Source of the DNA: Octopus vulgaris
Taxonomy: Eukaryota
Assembly (NCBI GenBank): GCA_951406725.2
Contig: OX597834.1
Coordinates: 22,568,001 to 22,632,000 of the forward strand
Length of the DNA stretch: 64,000 nucleotides
Direction of reading: 5' to 3'
A model generated the notes under the pieces. It saw only the letters and a program-made list of their open reading frames with translations. It was not told the origin of the DNA and searched no databases. The stretch's first letter is position 1, and every line of letters begins with the position of its first letter. Positions 1 through 12,021 of the stretch are shown here, one piece after another. The position numbers and the translations under genes were made by a program.

Positions 1-888
1 GGAGGTAATTCTAAAAGGTATTTTGTTTGAGACTCTGGAGATACCCCCATTTTTAACAATAACAACAACAATCATAATAATTCTTTATAATTTTGGCAAT
101 AGGCCAACAATTTTGAGGGGAGGGGGCAGTACTCAAACTGGTACTTATCTTATCAAGCCCAAAAGGATGAAAGTTGACCATGGCAGAATTTGAACTCAGA
201 ACGTAAAGATGGACAAAAAGCCACTGAACATTTTGCCCAAAGTGCTAACGATCCTGCCAGTTTGCTACCTTAAAAATATGATTTTAAATTATAGCACAAG
301 GCCGGCAATTTCAGGGAGGGGTTAAGTCAATGTTAAATGATGATGATGATGATTAACTAAATACTCACAATATCGATTATATTTAAAATTATATTTTGAT
401 AGGGATTGTAATTTAAATGTGAAAGCTTCAGTACAGTCTCTCCTCTCCTAGACACATTATTTCACCTCACAACTTTTTATTGAAGCAATACCAACTTAAC
501 TGACAGTAAATTTTTAGTAAGTTGTTGCAATGACAGGAAGATGCTGTATTAATTAACAACCAAATGGAAAGCAGGTAGAAATAAAAGAATTTTTTTTAAA
601 AGTAAAAAGAAAATTAAAAGATAAAAAAAGGAAAAAAAAAATACAGCAACACAAATGTTATAACGAGATGAACAGAGATTTGTTAAGTTAGATATTTTCA
701 AAGTTGTTTTCAGAATAATTATAACTAAATTCTATACACTTGTTCGACCCCTTAGCATTCAGTTTACTCTGTCAGATCTAATGCTTATTTATTCATATTG
801 TTTTGAATTAATCAGGAATTATCTTGAAGCTTCAAGATTTCGATGATATGATTGTTTTCAGAATGAAATTGTAGGGGAGGTGTAAAAG

Positions 889-1140
889 CTATGAGCACTG
901 TCCATAAACTTTCCCTTCTCTGAGAGGGATTAAAGAAGGCTAGGTGGCATATTCCGTAGCCTTTTCCCCAACCTGAGAGGGACAAAAAAAAAAAAGACTA
1001 GGGCCAGTCCATAGCCTTTTCCCAACCTGAGAAGAACTACAAAGGCTAGGAGCACATCCCATAGCCTTTTTCCCAGTATGGAAGAAACTGAAAAGACAGA
1101 TGGGCACTGTTCATAATGTCTGGGAAGGACTAAGAGGGTG
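889..1140. repeat. Degenerate ~55-bp minisatellite, about 5 units
   Basis: Recurrent TCCATAGCCTTTTCCCAACCTGAGA..GAC.AAAGGCTAGG. Confidence 0.7.
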
Positions 1141-2487
1141 AGGAGTAGTATCCTTCTTCTTCTCCAGACAAACAAATTAAATGCAAGTTCCATTAAGGTG
1201 ATAAGCCCTTCACTGATAGAAACCCTAAACCCCATTTAAGTTTTCACAATAAAATTGTTCAACAAAATTATAACAAATATTATATTTGTTGTTAAAAACA
1301 AAATGGAAAGAAATTTTGTTTGTTTTTACAATTTTTATGAAAAAAAACCCCACAAAAGACAATACATTGATGACTAAATATATGTTAATAGAAATTTTAA
1401 TATTAGTTTAAAAGCAAAAACAAATAAATTAAAATAATTGTGTCGTTAGTTAGAACAAAAATGTTGGGAGAGGGACATTAAAATAAGCAATCAACAAAAT
1501 TTTCATTTCATACTGAAAATACAAAGCAGTGTTAGTTTGTTATTGTTTAATATAACATCCTAGAAATACTCGTTAAAGCATAAAAATACGTTATTAGTAA
1601 GGTTAGTAGTCAGTCCATTCCAGTTGAAATAGAAATTGGAAATCTTTCCAAGATGATGCTGCAAGAATGGTAGAAAGAACCGAAGTACCAATAGAACATG
1701 CTTGAAGTTTAGAGGGAAAAGTTTTGATGAAGGAGATTTAAGACTAACAATGATCCTCTAAAGTAACAATTGCAGAGTTTATAACAGCCACAGAGTTGAG
1801 AGAAAGTATCTACTGGTAGAGCTGAGTGGCACAAGATGGATAAAGACTATAGAGGTTCTGAATCTACAGTAGAGCCATACACAAAGATGCTAAGGACTAT
1901 AGAAAGAGAGAGAGTGTTTGTAAGACAGTCCTGAAGAATAAAGAACTATTTCAATTACCTACTCCAAGACATTCATAGATTAGGATAGCAAAGAGATTAA
2001 ATTTCAATACAAAAGGGTATTTTTGTGGATTTAAAAAAAAAAATTATTCTCTTCCATAAAAATCACACCAAAAATTTTTTTTTTTTTTTAAATTTTTCAA
2101 TGTCTAAAATATATTTTATTGCTTACCTTCATCATCACTAGAATTAGGAGATTTTGGCACTGAAAAAATATTTACCAATATGAAAAGTACAAGTGCTTGA
2201 CAGAGTTAATTAATTAAGATGTGATTTGTTGGTTGAATATACAATGTTTCAATTTATTCTAAATCATCCAACTATATTCAGAATGTAAGATAGAAGATAA
2301 TAAACCACAGTAATTATACCAGGTGTTAATTGGTTACAAAAGTACTGCCTACCATTGTGTGTGTGCATGTGTGTATGCTTTGTAGAAAACATGTGACAGC
2401 ATATGATGAACGACTCAGCCTCATCACTGGGGTTTAGTTTGTTGGTCTTATAGAAAGGAATAACTCAAGACTTCAAGGCCAGTTCTT

Positions 2488-2760
2488 CATCATCATCATC
2501 ATCATCGTTTAACGTCCGTTCTTCATGCTAGCATGGGTTGGACAGTTCGACCGGGGATCTGGGAAGCCAGAAGGCTGCACCAGGCTCCAGTCTTATCTGG
2601 CAGTGTTTCTACAGCTGGATGCCCTTCCTAACGCCAACCACTCCGTGAGTGTAGTGGGTGCTTTTTACGTGCCACCTGCACAGGTGCCAGGCGAGGCTGG
2701 CAACGGCCACGGTCGGATTGGTGTATTTTACGTGCCACCGGCACAGAAGCCAGTCGAGCT
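2488..2760 (-). mobile_element. (GAT)n-tailed SINE (family C)
   Basis: Conserved box GTGGTTGGCGTTAGGAAGGGCATCCAGCTGTAGAAAC and 3' end GCATGGA...GGACGTTAAACGATGATG, reverse orientation. Confidence 0.85.
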
Positions 2761-2778
2761 TCTTATTTATTATTACTT

Positions 2779-3040
2779 TTATTATGGCCGAGTTCCAACC
2801 AGGACTGCAGCAACAAGGTCCACCTGCCACATTTCTCCATCCGTCATCACTGCCTCTAGGTCCTGCATACACTCCAACCCAGTGTCTGCAATCAAGTGGT
2901 CGATGTAAATGTGACAACATTTTCCTCTTCTTACATCACCATGAAGTGGGTCCCCCAAAACTAATCTGGATGCTTCAAGTTCAGGGTGGCACAAGCAGTG
3001 AGTAGATAGTTGCAGTCATCTTTACCTGATTTTCCAGCTC
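2779..3040 (-). mobile_element. RTE-clade LINE 3' fragment
   Basis: HPELEASRLVLGDPLHGDVRRGKCCHIYIDHLIADTGLECMQDLEAVMTDGEMW resembles RTE C-termini (HPE..SKLVLW.P.HG...RGR...YID.L..DTG...L...M.DR..W); TAA-rich tail follows. Confidence 0.7.
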
Positions 3041-3057
3041 TCATTTCGTTTATATAA

Positions 3058-3262
3058 CAGCCTCACCTGGCACCTGTGCTGGTGGCATGTAAAAAGCACC
3101 CACTACACTCACGGAGTGGTTGGCGTTAGGAAGGGCATCCAGCTGTAGAAACACTGCCAGATCAGACTGGAGCCTGGTGCAGCCTTCTGGCTTCCCAGAT
3201 CCCTGGTCGAAATGTCCAACCCATGCTAGCATGGAGAACGGACGTTAAACGATGATGATGAT
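3058..3262 (+). mobile_element. Family-C SINE, forward orientation
   Basis: Near-identical inverted partner of 2488-2699. Confidence 0.85.
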
Positions 3263-3324
3263 CTCTCCCTCTCTCTTAAGACAGCAATTGTGAATATGTT
3301 TTACAATGAAAAACCTCAGTAACT

Positions 3325-3750
3325 CACTATTTTTAAATCTCACAATGAGAGATATTCAGCAACAGTACTTTGTAGTAAAAATTGTTTGCCAACATAACAT
3401 GGCAGTCCTGGTTTAGGACAAATGATGCTGTAATTTAGCCCCAGGAGACATCATCTCCAGCTGGCTACACAACACGATCCATGTCTTTATATTTTCAAAA
3501 AAGGGAATCCAGCACCCCCACTCAGCTCAAAACAACATCTGTGTATCGCAACTTCCAGGCTATCTCCCTTCATCATCACAGAACAATTGTTTGGCCAGAG
3601 GTGGTGCTGCCAAATTCCCATTCAAAATATATAGTTTTCAAAGTGACAACTAGTCACTGATCTATAAATTAGAAAATTACTATTTTTAAATCTCACAAGA
3701 TTCGTCCTAAACCAGGACTGCCATGTTATGTTGGCAAACAATCTTTACAA
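3325..3750 (-). mobile_element. Family J copy 1 plus a partial rearranged copy
   Basis: 3325-3605 is collinear with 20846-21127. 3678-3697 repeats the ACTATTTTTAAATCTCACAA end directly, then ~3699-3748 is an inverted copy of ~3372-3422. Confidence 0.7.
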
Positions 3751-4064
3751 CTCAGTAACTCAGCCTTCAATTTTAAATCCATGACTTACCATATTTGATA
3801 GCATATTCTTCAAAAAAAAGTCTCAAAAAATAAAAAAATCACCCTCAGTCCTATATTGTGAAGTTGGGTTTATATTACAAGCTTTAATTCACTCAAAACT
3901 TTTGTTTTCTAAATGTGCTCTACTGAAATTGGAGTGTGTCTAATACATCCAAGCTTCTTTTATGCCACTAAATACAGTAAAACCTACTCAGTAAAAAGAG
4001 GCATTATTCATTCAGTAATATATCAATCATTGTGGCATTAAATCTCATCTACTGTTCAATATAC

Positions 4065-4380
4065 ATGTCTTACAAGATCTTGTAAGATTTTCAAAGGATT
4101 TTTTGGAAACTTCACAGAGCACTTTAGAAACTCTTGCAGATCCTTTGGAAAATTTTACAATATGTACCTTTTGCAAACTTTGCAATACCGTTCTAGAAAC
4201 CTTGTAGTATTTTTGGCAAATTTCAGTTTCTTTTGCAAACCTTGTAGGAAGGAAATTTTCAAAGCTAGATAGGACCTTTTGGAAACGTGACAAGATCTTT
4301 TTAAAATCTTGATACACAGAATATATTGAAAAATTTAAGATTCCAAGTATAAAAATTGTAAAACCTGAGATTTTGTTAAC
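4065..4380. repeat. Degenerate ~21-bp minisatellite
   Basis: Recurrent TTTT(G)GAAAC(C)TTG(C/T)A. Confidence 0.5.
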
Positions 4381-5658
4381 ATGTTTTAAAACTCTTTTGT
4401 GGCTCTATTTCTAATGAACTACACTGATTTACATGTTTTTGCATTAATTTTTAAAATGATTGATTTATTACAATAATTACAGTTTTTCCTTTATTTAAAT
4501 TTCATATTTAAATGATATTTGGAACACCATAACAAAAAGGTTTGTTTTGATAAAATTATGATGGAAGATTTTAATGTAAATATTAACCTTATAAAACATT
4601 TTGGTGGATACAAAAAACTGCTAAAGTATCAAAGAGTTCATATAAAGGATTGATTTACCATTAATGTAAACACTTATCTCCTCTTACTTTCACTCCCCGC
4701 ACCTCAAAACAACATCAACCATTGACCATACCCCCACCCAGGTTCACTATTCACTCCAATCATCTCTAACCATCTGTTACTCTCTTCATGCAATCTATCC
4801 TACTCATCATTCTTGTCTCTCTGTTCTTATTCTCTCTTCTTCTCATTTTCTTGTATTTTAAGACTTTGCCCTGACACCTCATCATCACCACTATATTCAT
4901 CTCTCTTTCTGGCAACTCCCAACCACCCTTATATAATCCTTTCTACTATAGGCACAAGGCCTGAAATTTGGGGGAAGGGGACTAGTTGATTACATCAACC
5001 CCAGTGCTCAACTGGTGCTTAATTTATCGACCCAGAAAGGAGGAAAGTAAAAGTCAAGCTTGGTGGAATTTGAACTCAGATCGCAGCAACGGGAGAAATA
5101 CCGCTGAGCATTTCGTCCAGCGTGCTAACGATTTTGCCAGCTTGCCACCCTTATACAATGCAGTGGGTAGCTGTGTCTCTCCTCTATAGCAAGACACCCA
5201 TGTCCTATCCCTTTATCATACTTTAAACCTCTCAACACTTGCTCACTCTTTACTATACTCTCCCACTCAATCAGAAGACCTTGTTTTTGCCATCTTGCCA
5301 GCTACATGGTGATCTCACGAGTGCTAGTGCCACAAAAGCACCCAGCACACTCTGTAAAGTGGTTGGTGTTGGATCAGGCATCTAGCTGTAGAAACCATGC
5401 TGGAGCAAATATTGGAGCTCAACACTCCACCAACTTGTTGAATTGTATCGAGAGATTCAATGACAATGATGACGGACAAATATTTCCTGAATCTTTTCAA
5501 GAGATCAATACATATAAAATAACCAATGTTTAAAACCATCTAGCATCTCCCCAATTTCAAATGTGAATCATGGCTCTTCATATTTGATTAATTACAGCTT
5601 AATTACTTCATATTTGAAGGCGGCTGCTTTTGATGAGGGATTTTTCATGGTTTGTACT

Positions 5659-5888
5659 TTAACCCTTTAGCATTTAAACCGGCCATATCCGGCCAAAAGT
5701 ATTCTGCCTGTTTTATGTTCAAACTGGCCAGATCTGGTCTCTCACACCAACCCTACAATATCGTTTTAAAAATTAGCAGCTACCTCATCAAAATCTCATA
5801 GCTACAAGATAATGCCTGATTAGTTCCTAAACAATGTGGATGAAAAAGCATTAATTTTGGCAGAATAATGCGAACACTAAAGGGTTAA
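5659..5888. mobile_element. TTAA-flanked (piggyBac-like) MITE, family E
   Basis: TTAA-CCCTTTAG ... CTAAAGGG-TTAA, 230 bp. Other copies at 39312-39541 and 55789-56017; partial copies at ~745-880 and ~33600-33818. Confidence 0.8.
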
Positions 5889-6244
5889 ATGACAAAATCC
5901 AAACACTGGCATCAGCAACCATGAAAATTTAAACAAAACAAATAAAAAGAAAAGGCCTCTGAATTCTTAATTAAAACAAGGACAGCAATTCCAATGATGA
6001 AATAACTGTGATTTAAATAGCGAAATAACATTAGGTGACATAAGCACCAAGTCTGAGACAGATAATAACTGGTCTATTGATGGGACTGGAACCTTGTTTC
6101 TATCACTTGCTGGGCAACCACATTCCTGATTATGTTACAGAATGTCTGCCACACCATCTTCTAAATGTATTCTAAAATATTTTTACTATTCTAGTTAAAT
6201 AGTTTCATCTTAACAAGAAGATCTGTCAATCACTTAGTGCTAGT

Positions 6245-6422
6245 AAATGAGGCTATTCTGCTAATAGCCAATACAGCAAGGTGTCCTATGCATTAGCAAT
6301 TGGGCTATTCTGCTAAAGTCCATTATAGCAAGATGCCCTAACTATAACCAAGTGAGGCTATACTGCTAATGTCTAATACAGCAAGGTGTATAAGCATTGG
6401 CAATTTAGGCTATTCTGCTACC
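6245..6422. repeat. ~52-bp minisatellite, about 3.3 units
   Basis: GGCTAT(T/A)CTGCTA at 6251, 6303, 6356 and 6408. Confidence 0.8.
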
Positions 6423-6974
6423 TTAGTTTAGTTTCTTTTCTTAACAGGAATGGTTCTAGTCTGTTAAATCAATCCAATATTCCAGGGATATGCCACCTAG
6501 GTAGGCAAGGTGCCTATCTTGAATAAAATAGATTGATAACAAAATTTTCCTTTTATGGCAAAATATGCACCTAATTCAATAAAATTATGAAGGTTACTCT
6601 GACTACTATGCATAAAACGCAAAACATTTTTTTTTGTGTAGATTAGGTAGGCATAATTTGCCCTGCCTTTCAATCTCAGTATTAAAGCTACACATAGGAC
6701 TGCTGTTGTACATGTGCTGTGTACATTCCTACAGCAACGTTTTCTTTACGTGTTATAAAAGGCAGAAGTAAATCTGCCTTCAACGCAGTCATGTGCCTGT
6801 GTTTTGCTTATTTTTGTGTGTTTTACTACATAAAGGTCATCAACTGACTACCCTGAGTAATTACTGACGGCATGTCCCTGCAATATTTCCCTGATACTTC
6901 TTTTATCAACTCTGACAGGTGAGAAGCAGGAACATAACAGACACAACTAAACACAAAGCATTTTGCTTAATCCC

Positions 6975-7003
<29 letters not shown>

Positions 7004-7005
<2 letters not shown>

Positions 7006-8110
7006 GTTTCAAAATCTTCCACAAGGGCAGCCATTTGGAGGGAGGGGCCTAGTTGATTACATCGAGCCCAGTGTTTCACTGGTACTTATTGATCCCAAAA
7101 GGATGAAAGGCAAAGCTTACCTCGGTGGAATTTGAACTCAAGACATAGCAGTGGATGAAATACTGCTAAGCATTTCACCCAGTGTGCTAACGATTCTGCC
7201 AGCTCACCACCTTAATAATAATAATCCTTTCAACTGTTGGAAAAAGGCCTAAAATCTTGGAGGAGGGGATAAGTTGATCACATCAACCCAAGTACTTGAC
7301 TGGTACTTATTTTATCGACCCAGAAAGGATGAAAGGCAAAGTCAACCTCGGCAGAATTTGAACTCAGAACATAACAGCAGACAAAATACCGCTAAGCAAT
7401 TTGCCCAGCATGCTAATGATTCTGCCAGCTTGCTGCCATAATAATAATAATACAATGATGGAAAATGCTTTACCTCCATCGATGGGTTTGCTAATTGAGT
7501 ATGTTGTATATGGAATGTCTTCATCACGCTGGGATCGCAGACTGCTGCCTGGGGCACCAGCTGGAAGGCTACTTTGTTCAGAGCCCATCCAGTTCCCTAA
7601 ATTCAGAAAGAAAAAAAATGGAAATGACAAATATACATAATTACATTTTTCTTTTTACAAACAGTAACTAGTCAGATGTTTTATTATAACAATAATAATA
7701 ATATTAGTTTCAAATTTTGCTACAAGGCCAGCAACTTTTCAGACGAACGTGTAAGTTGATTACATCAACCCCAGCATTCAATTGCAAAAGGATGAAAGAC
7801 AAGCTGACCCATGTGGGATTTGAACTCGCAACATATTGAGCCAGAACAAATGCTGCTAAAGCCTTATTGTCTGATGACTAACAATTCTGCCAGTTTACTA
7901 TCTTAGCAATAATTTATGCACATAGCTGACAATTTTGTGAGGAGAAAGTTAATTACATTGATCCCAGTACTTGGCCAATATTTTCTTTTACAGAGCCTGA
8001 AAGAATGAAAGGAAAAGTCTACCTAGGAAGGAGTTAAACTCAAAATGTAAAAGAGCAGGAAGAAATAGCCCAAGGTATACTGAGAATAAGGTGAGCTATG
8101 CAAGGAGCCA
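7004..8110 (-). mobile_element. Cluster of four family-A SINE copies
   Basis: Repeated reverse-complement CORE (GGATGAAAGGCAAAG..ACCTCGG..GAATTTGAACTC) at about 7085, 7326, 7789 and 8000, separated by (AAT)n. Confidence 0.8.
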
Positions 8111-8493
8111 TTTGTAATCAACTCTTAAACAATAATCAAAACACAAACGAGAATTGCTACCAAAGACTATGGTGTCTGAAAACTGTTATTTTAGGTACAT
8201 GAACAGCGTCTGGGATAAATTTTTGATAGGTAAGCAAGTAGATGGCCGAGGATTGGAAAATAATAATTTGTGGTTCGTTTATGCATTTACATTCCAAGTT
8301 CAAATTCTGTCCATACCTACTTTACAATTCAGCCTTCTGCGATTGCTAAAACAATCACTGGAAGACGACATAACAGTCTATACCAAAGAACCTGATGTCA
8401 CAGCACAGTTGCGGATTAATTTTTCTAATTCAAATTAGTATTAAAATATAAACTAATTGGTGGTGGGGGGGGGGGGCATGGTGGTATGTGCTT

Positions 8494-8885
8494 CAAAAGG
8501 CAGTGAGCTGGCAGAAAAGTTAGCACGCCAGGCGAAATACTTAGCGGTATTTCGTCTGGCGTTACGTTGTGAGTTCAAATTCCACAGAGGTCGGCTTTGC
8601 CTTTCATCCTTTTGGGGGGGGGGGGGTCGATAAATTAAGTACCAGTTACGCACTGGGGTCGATGTAATCGACTTAATACCTATGTCTGTCCGTGTTTGTC
8701 CCCTCTGTGTTTAGTCCCTTGTGGGTAATAAAGAAATAGGTATTTCGTCTGGCGCTACGTTCTGAGTTCAAATTCCGCCGAGGTCGACTTTGCCTTTCAT
8801 CCTTTCGGGGTCGATATAATCGACTTAATCCATTTGTCTGTCCCTTCTGTGTTTAGCCCCTTGTGGGTAGTAAAGAAATAGGTAT
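8494..8885 (+). mobile_element. tRNA-derived CORE-type SINE (family A), head-to-tail dimer
   Basis: Head GAGCTGGCAGAA...GAGTTCAAATTCC, CORE-like TTGCCTTTCATCCTTT.GGGGTCGATAAATTAAGTACC, tail AAAGAAATAGG. The second unit restarts at GGTATTTCGTCTGG (8739). Resembles octopus OR-type SINEs as I recall them. Confidence 0.85.
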
Positions 8886-11800
8886 ATACTTCAAATATTT
8901 ACTGATAATGCTTACTCAGTGGTCACAGAAAATGGCAATCCTTCGATATTGGTACACGACGTCATCCTCCCCTTACAACTTTCCCTCATGACATGGATAA
9001 AGAGGCTGGGCTGAAAAAGAGGGTGAATGACGTCGTCTCTTTACACTGACCCTCTGTACACGAACCCTGAAGGAATGCCAAAAAATATATCAACTATTCT
9101 GATATATAGAATATATAGAAGTTTTGTGGAGCTGACAGCATCGTTATAGCATCAGAAAAAACGCTTTACTGTATTTGTTCCGACTCGTTGCATTCTGACC
9201 TCAGATCTTACTCGGGTCCACTTTGCTTTGAATTCTCTCGGAGTCGATATAACTTTATTTTATAGTACCAATCAAGAAATGGGATCCATGGTGTCGACTA
9301 GCCCCACTCACCTGAAATTTACTGGTCTTCTGCCGAAATCAGAAACCATTATTGTTACACATTCATATCTATGTGTATACGTTTGACACTATTTTATTAG
9401 TAAACAGTACTAACTGTGCCAAAAGTGTGGATGTATTCTACACACGTATACCTACGTATACACGTAGATATGAATGTGAAACAATTATATTTGAAATTCA
9501 AACGCGCTGGGATTAAAATTAAATATTTAGTTAGACAGTGCTTACGAAGTCTGAAATATGTGATTATTCTATTTACAAAACTTACACCAATGTCGTATTA
9601 TTTATATTTGAAATTCTAAATAGAGTGGAATTTTACGAGAGGTGATTATCCCAAATGGGCTGAGGTTACTTGAGTTGCAAAAAAATATAACAGACTACAT
9701 CAATGAATTTCACAATTTAAGGAAGATGGACAATGAAGGAATGATTAAAATAATAACAGCATTTAGTGGAGAAAAGTAGAAACGTTTTGTTCGTTCTTTG
9801 TACATTTGGCCTTGTGTTTCCGCGTTGAAGTCGACAACGAGATGTAAATAACACCGTTAGGAAATTTTGAGGGGTTTTTTGGGGAGGGGGGGGGGGGCAT
9901 AAAAATTACAAAACCAAGATATTTCCCAAAGTAAAATATTTTTCATAACCAACCCTAATTCGTTATTTTAAGAACCTTTGGTAAAATATAGAAATATAGC
10001 GAAATGAAGGATTTGTTATGTGAAAGTGCGTCATCACTAAAAGACTAAATGAATGACAGGCAATAATTAGACTCAAATAATGAAGATAATTATATGGATA
10101 TTATGATAACGTTAAATATCAAGAAGTAAATACTTACCGAAACAAATACACCTTTAGTCTTTAAAATACAAATAGAATAACTATATATATGTATATATAT
10201 ACATACACAGAGTAACTTATACACACATGCAGTAAAACTATATCTATATATACACACAGTAACTATATATACTTATTTATATATATATAAATATACAGTA
10301 ATTGTATATACACACACAGTTACTATATATATATAAATTTATATATACACGGTAACTATATATATATGTGTGTGTATATACACACAGTCAATATCAGATG
10401 ATTCTTGAAGCCTCCATTAATAACTCTCTAAAATAGAAGATATGAAATCAACAACAGTTTGTGTAAACAACTCATTGATGTACATTTTCGTACTCTTCGC
10501 ATAAAAGAGTACTTCCAGTAGCAATCACGTCCGTAATTAGCGAAAACATATGAAATAGATCAAATAAACAACAGTTATAAATTCTTGTACATAAGTATAA
10601 ATATATATAATTCCTTGGATACTCTTGGATTTACGGAATGCCGGATACCAAGGAAATATCCGTTCAACTTAGCCTTAACCGATAATCCGAACGGTTTGTT
10701 TACCTGAGTTTTTCGAGTTTTCTGTCTTACCAGATCACGCAATGTGCTTTGCAGTTGATTTGCCTTGATCTATTTAACTTGATCCTCTTATCTTTCTATC
10801 TACTAGATATTATATATTTATAAATTAGATTTTTCTATATTAATATAAGATATTTATATTTCCTTCTTGGGGGTACTTTTAGTGTAAGGGAAATAACTCT
10901 AAAAGCCTGCATAGCGTTGCCTCCCCCTCTTCCTCACCCCACACACACATGCTCTAAAAGTTTCTTTTCGAGACCCCATGCACGACCTAGTTTAATAGGA
11001 ATATCGTAGATTGATTCAAAAAAAACTTTAGCCTTTAAAATATAAACAGAAAAAGTTTCCATTTATACAGAGTAATTTTCAAAGGATTGTCGAAACTTCC
11101 TTTAATAACTCTTTAAAATAGAAGATAATAAAACAACTTATTTACAATTTTTTTTCTCCCTATAAAAGTGTCTTTCTATGGTTATATTCGGAAACCCACC
11201 TAGAACTAAATAGAATATGTGGAAAACTGCAGCTAAATAGGTCACAAATTCTTATATATAAGTATTTTAATATATATCGAAATATACATAGAACCCCACC
11301 AAATATCCGACAAGCTTCTGACCGGAAGTGGCCCATATTTCTCTTGTTTCCCAATTTCTGGAAAGTCTAAATGTAAATGTAAAATATGAAATAAGCTAGG
11401 AAAGTAAAGAACTAAATTGCATTTAACATATTCAAATAAATATGCATCTAACGCAGGATCTGTTTGATATCTATTAAACCAGTTAATTTTTTTTTATATA
11501 TATCATATTGTACCATGTATAAAAGCTTACAAAATGAAAATTAAATGAAGAAAAGTAAAGAACATGATTTTATTTAACAGATACAAACTAATACGCTTCT
11601 AAAGCAGAGTATGTTTAATGTTTATCAATCCACATTAAATCTAAACTATTGTTAACATTCCGTATGCAAATGAACGAACTTCTACAACATGTCCTGTTTA
11701 TTTAATACAGGGTGCAGTAAGTTGCGTGATATTGCACGGTATTATCAGATTTCTGGAAGTTCCGGTGTTTTGAAAGCCAGATTTGTGGTCCGGCACTCAA

Positions 11801-12021
11801 TTTTCTTTCCTGTTTAATTATTGATAAGGGAGGTAACTCTAAATGTCTTTGTATTATCCCTTTTTGTCAAGCACTTACCGAAAACTTATCGTTCTCAACA
11901 CTCACGTGTAATACATATTTTGTGGATAGTTTCAGGCTGATACGTACCATCACAGATTTTCTCAAACTTCATTGATTTTCTTCCATGTTTCCGTAGACTT
12001 GTATCATCTTGGTTCGGCACT

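Noticed and set aside
1600-2000. Purine-biased stretch suspected to be a decayed LINE
   Set aside because: No recognisable motif in any frame by eye.
2525-3232. ORFs beginning MLAWVG.../MLFTCH... (also 28707, 46677-47311, 42145)
   Set aside because: They are translations of family-C SINE copies and their 67-bp repeats; the same peptide recurs wherever the SINE occurs.
4045-4317. 90-aa heptad-like ORF on the minus strand
   Set aside because: It coincides with the degenerate 21-bp repeat and has no start context, splice support or recognisable domain.
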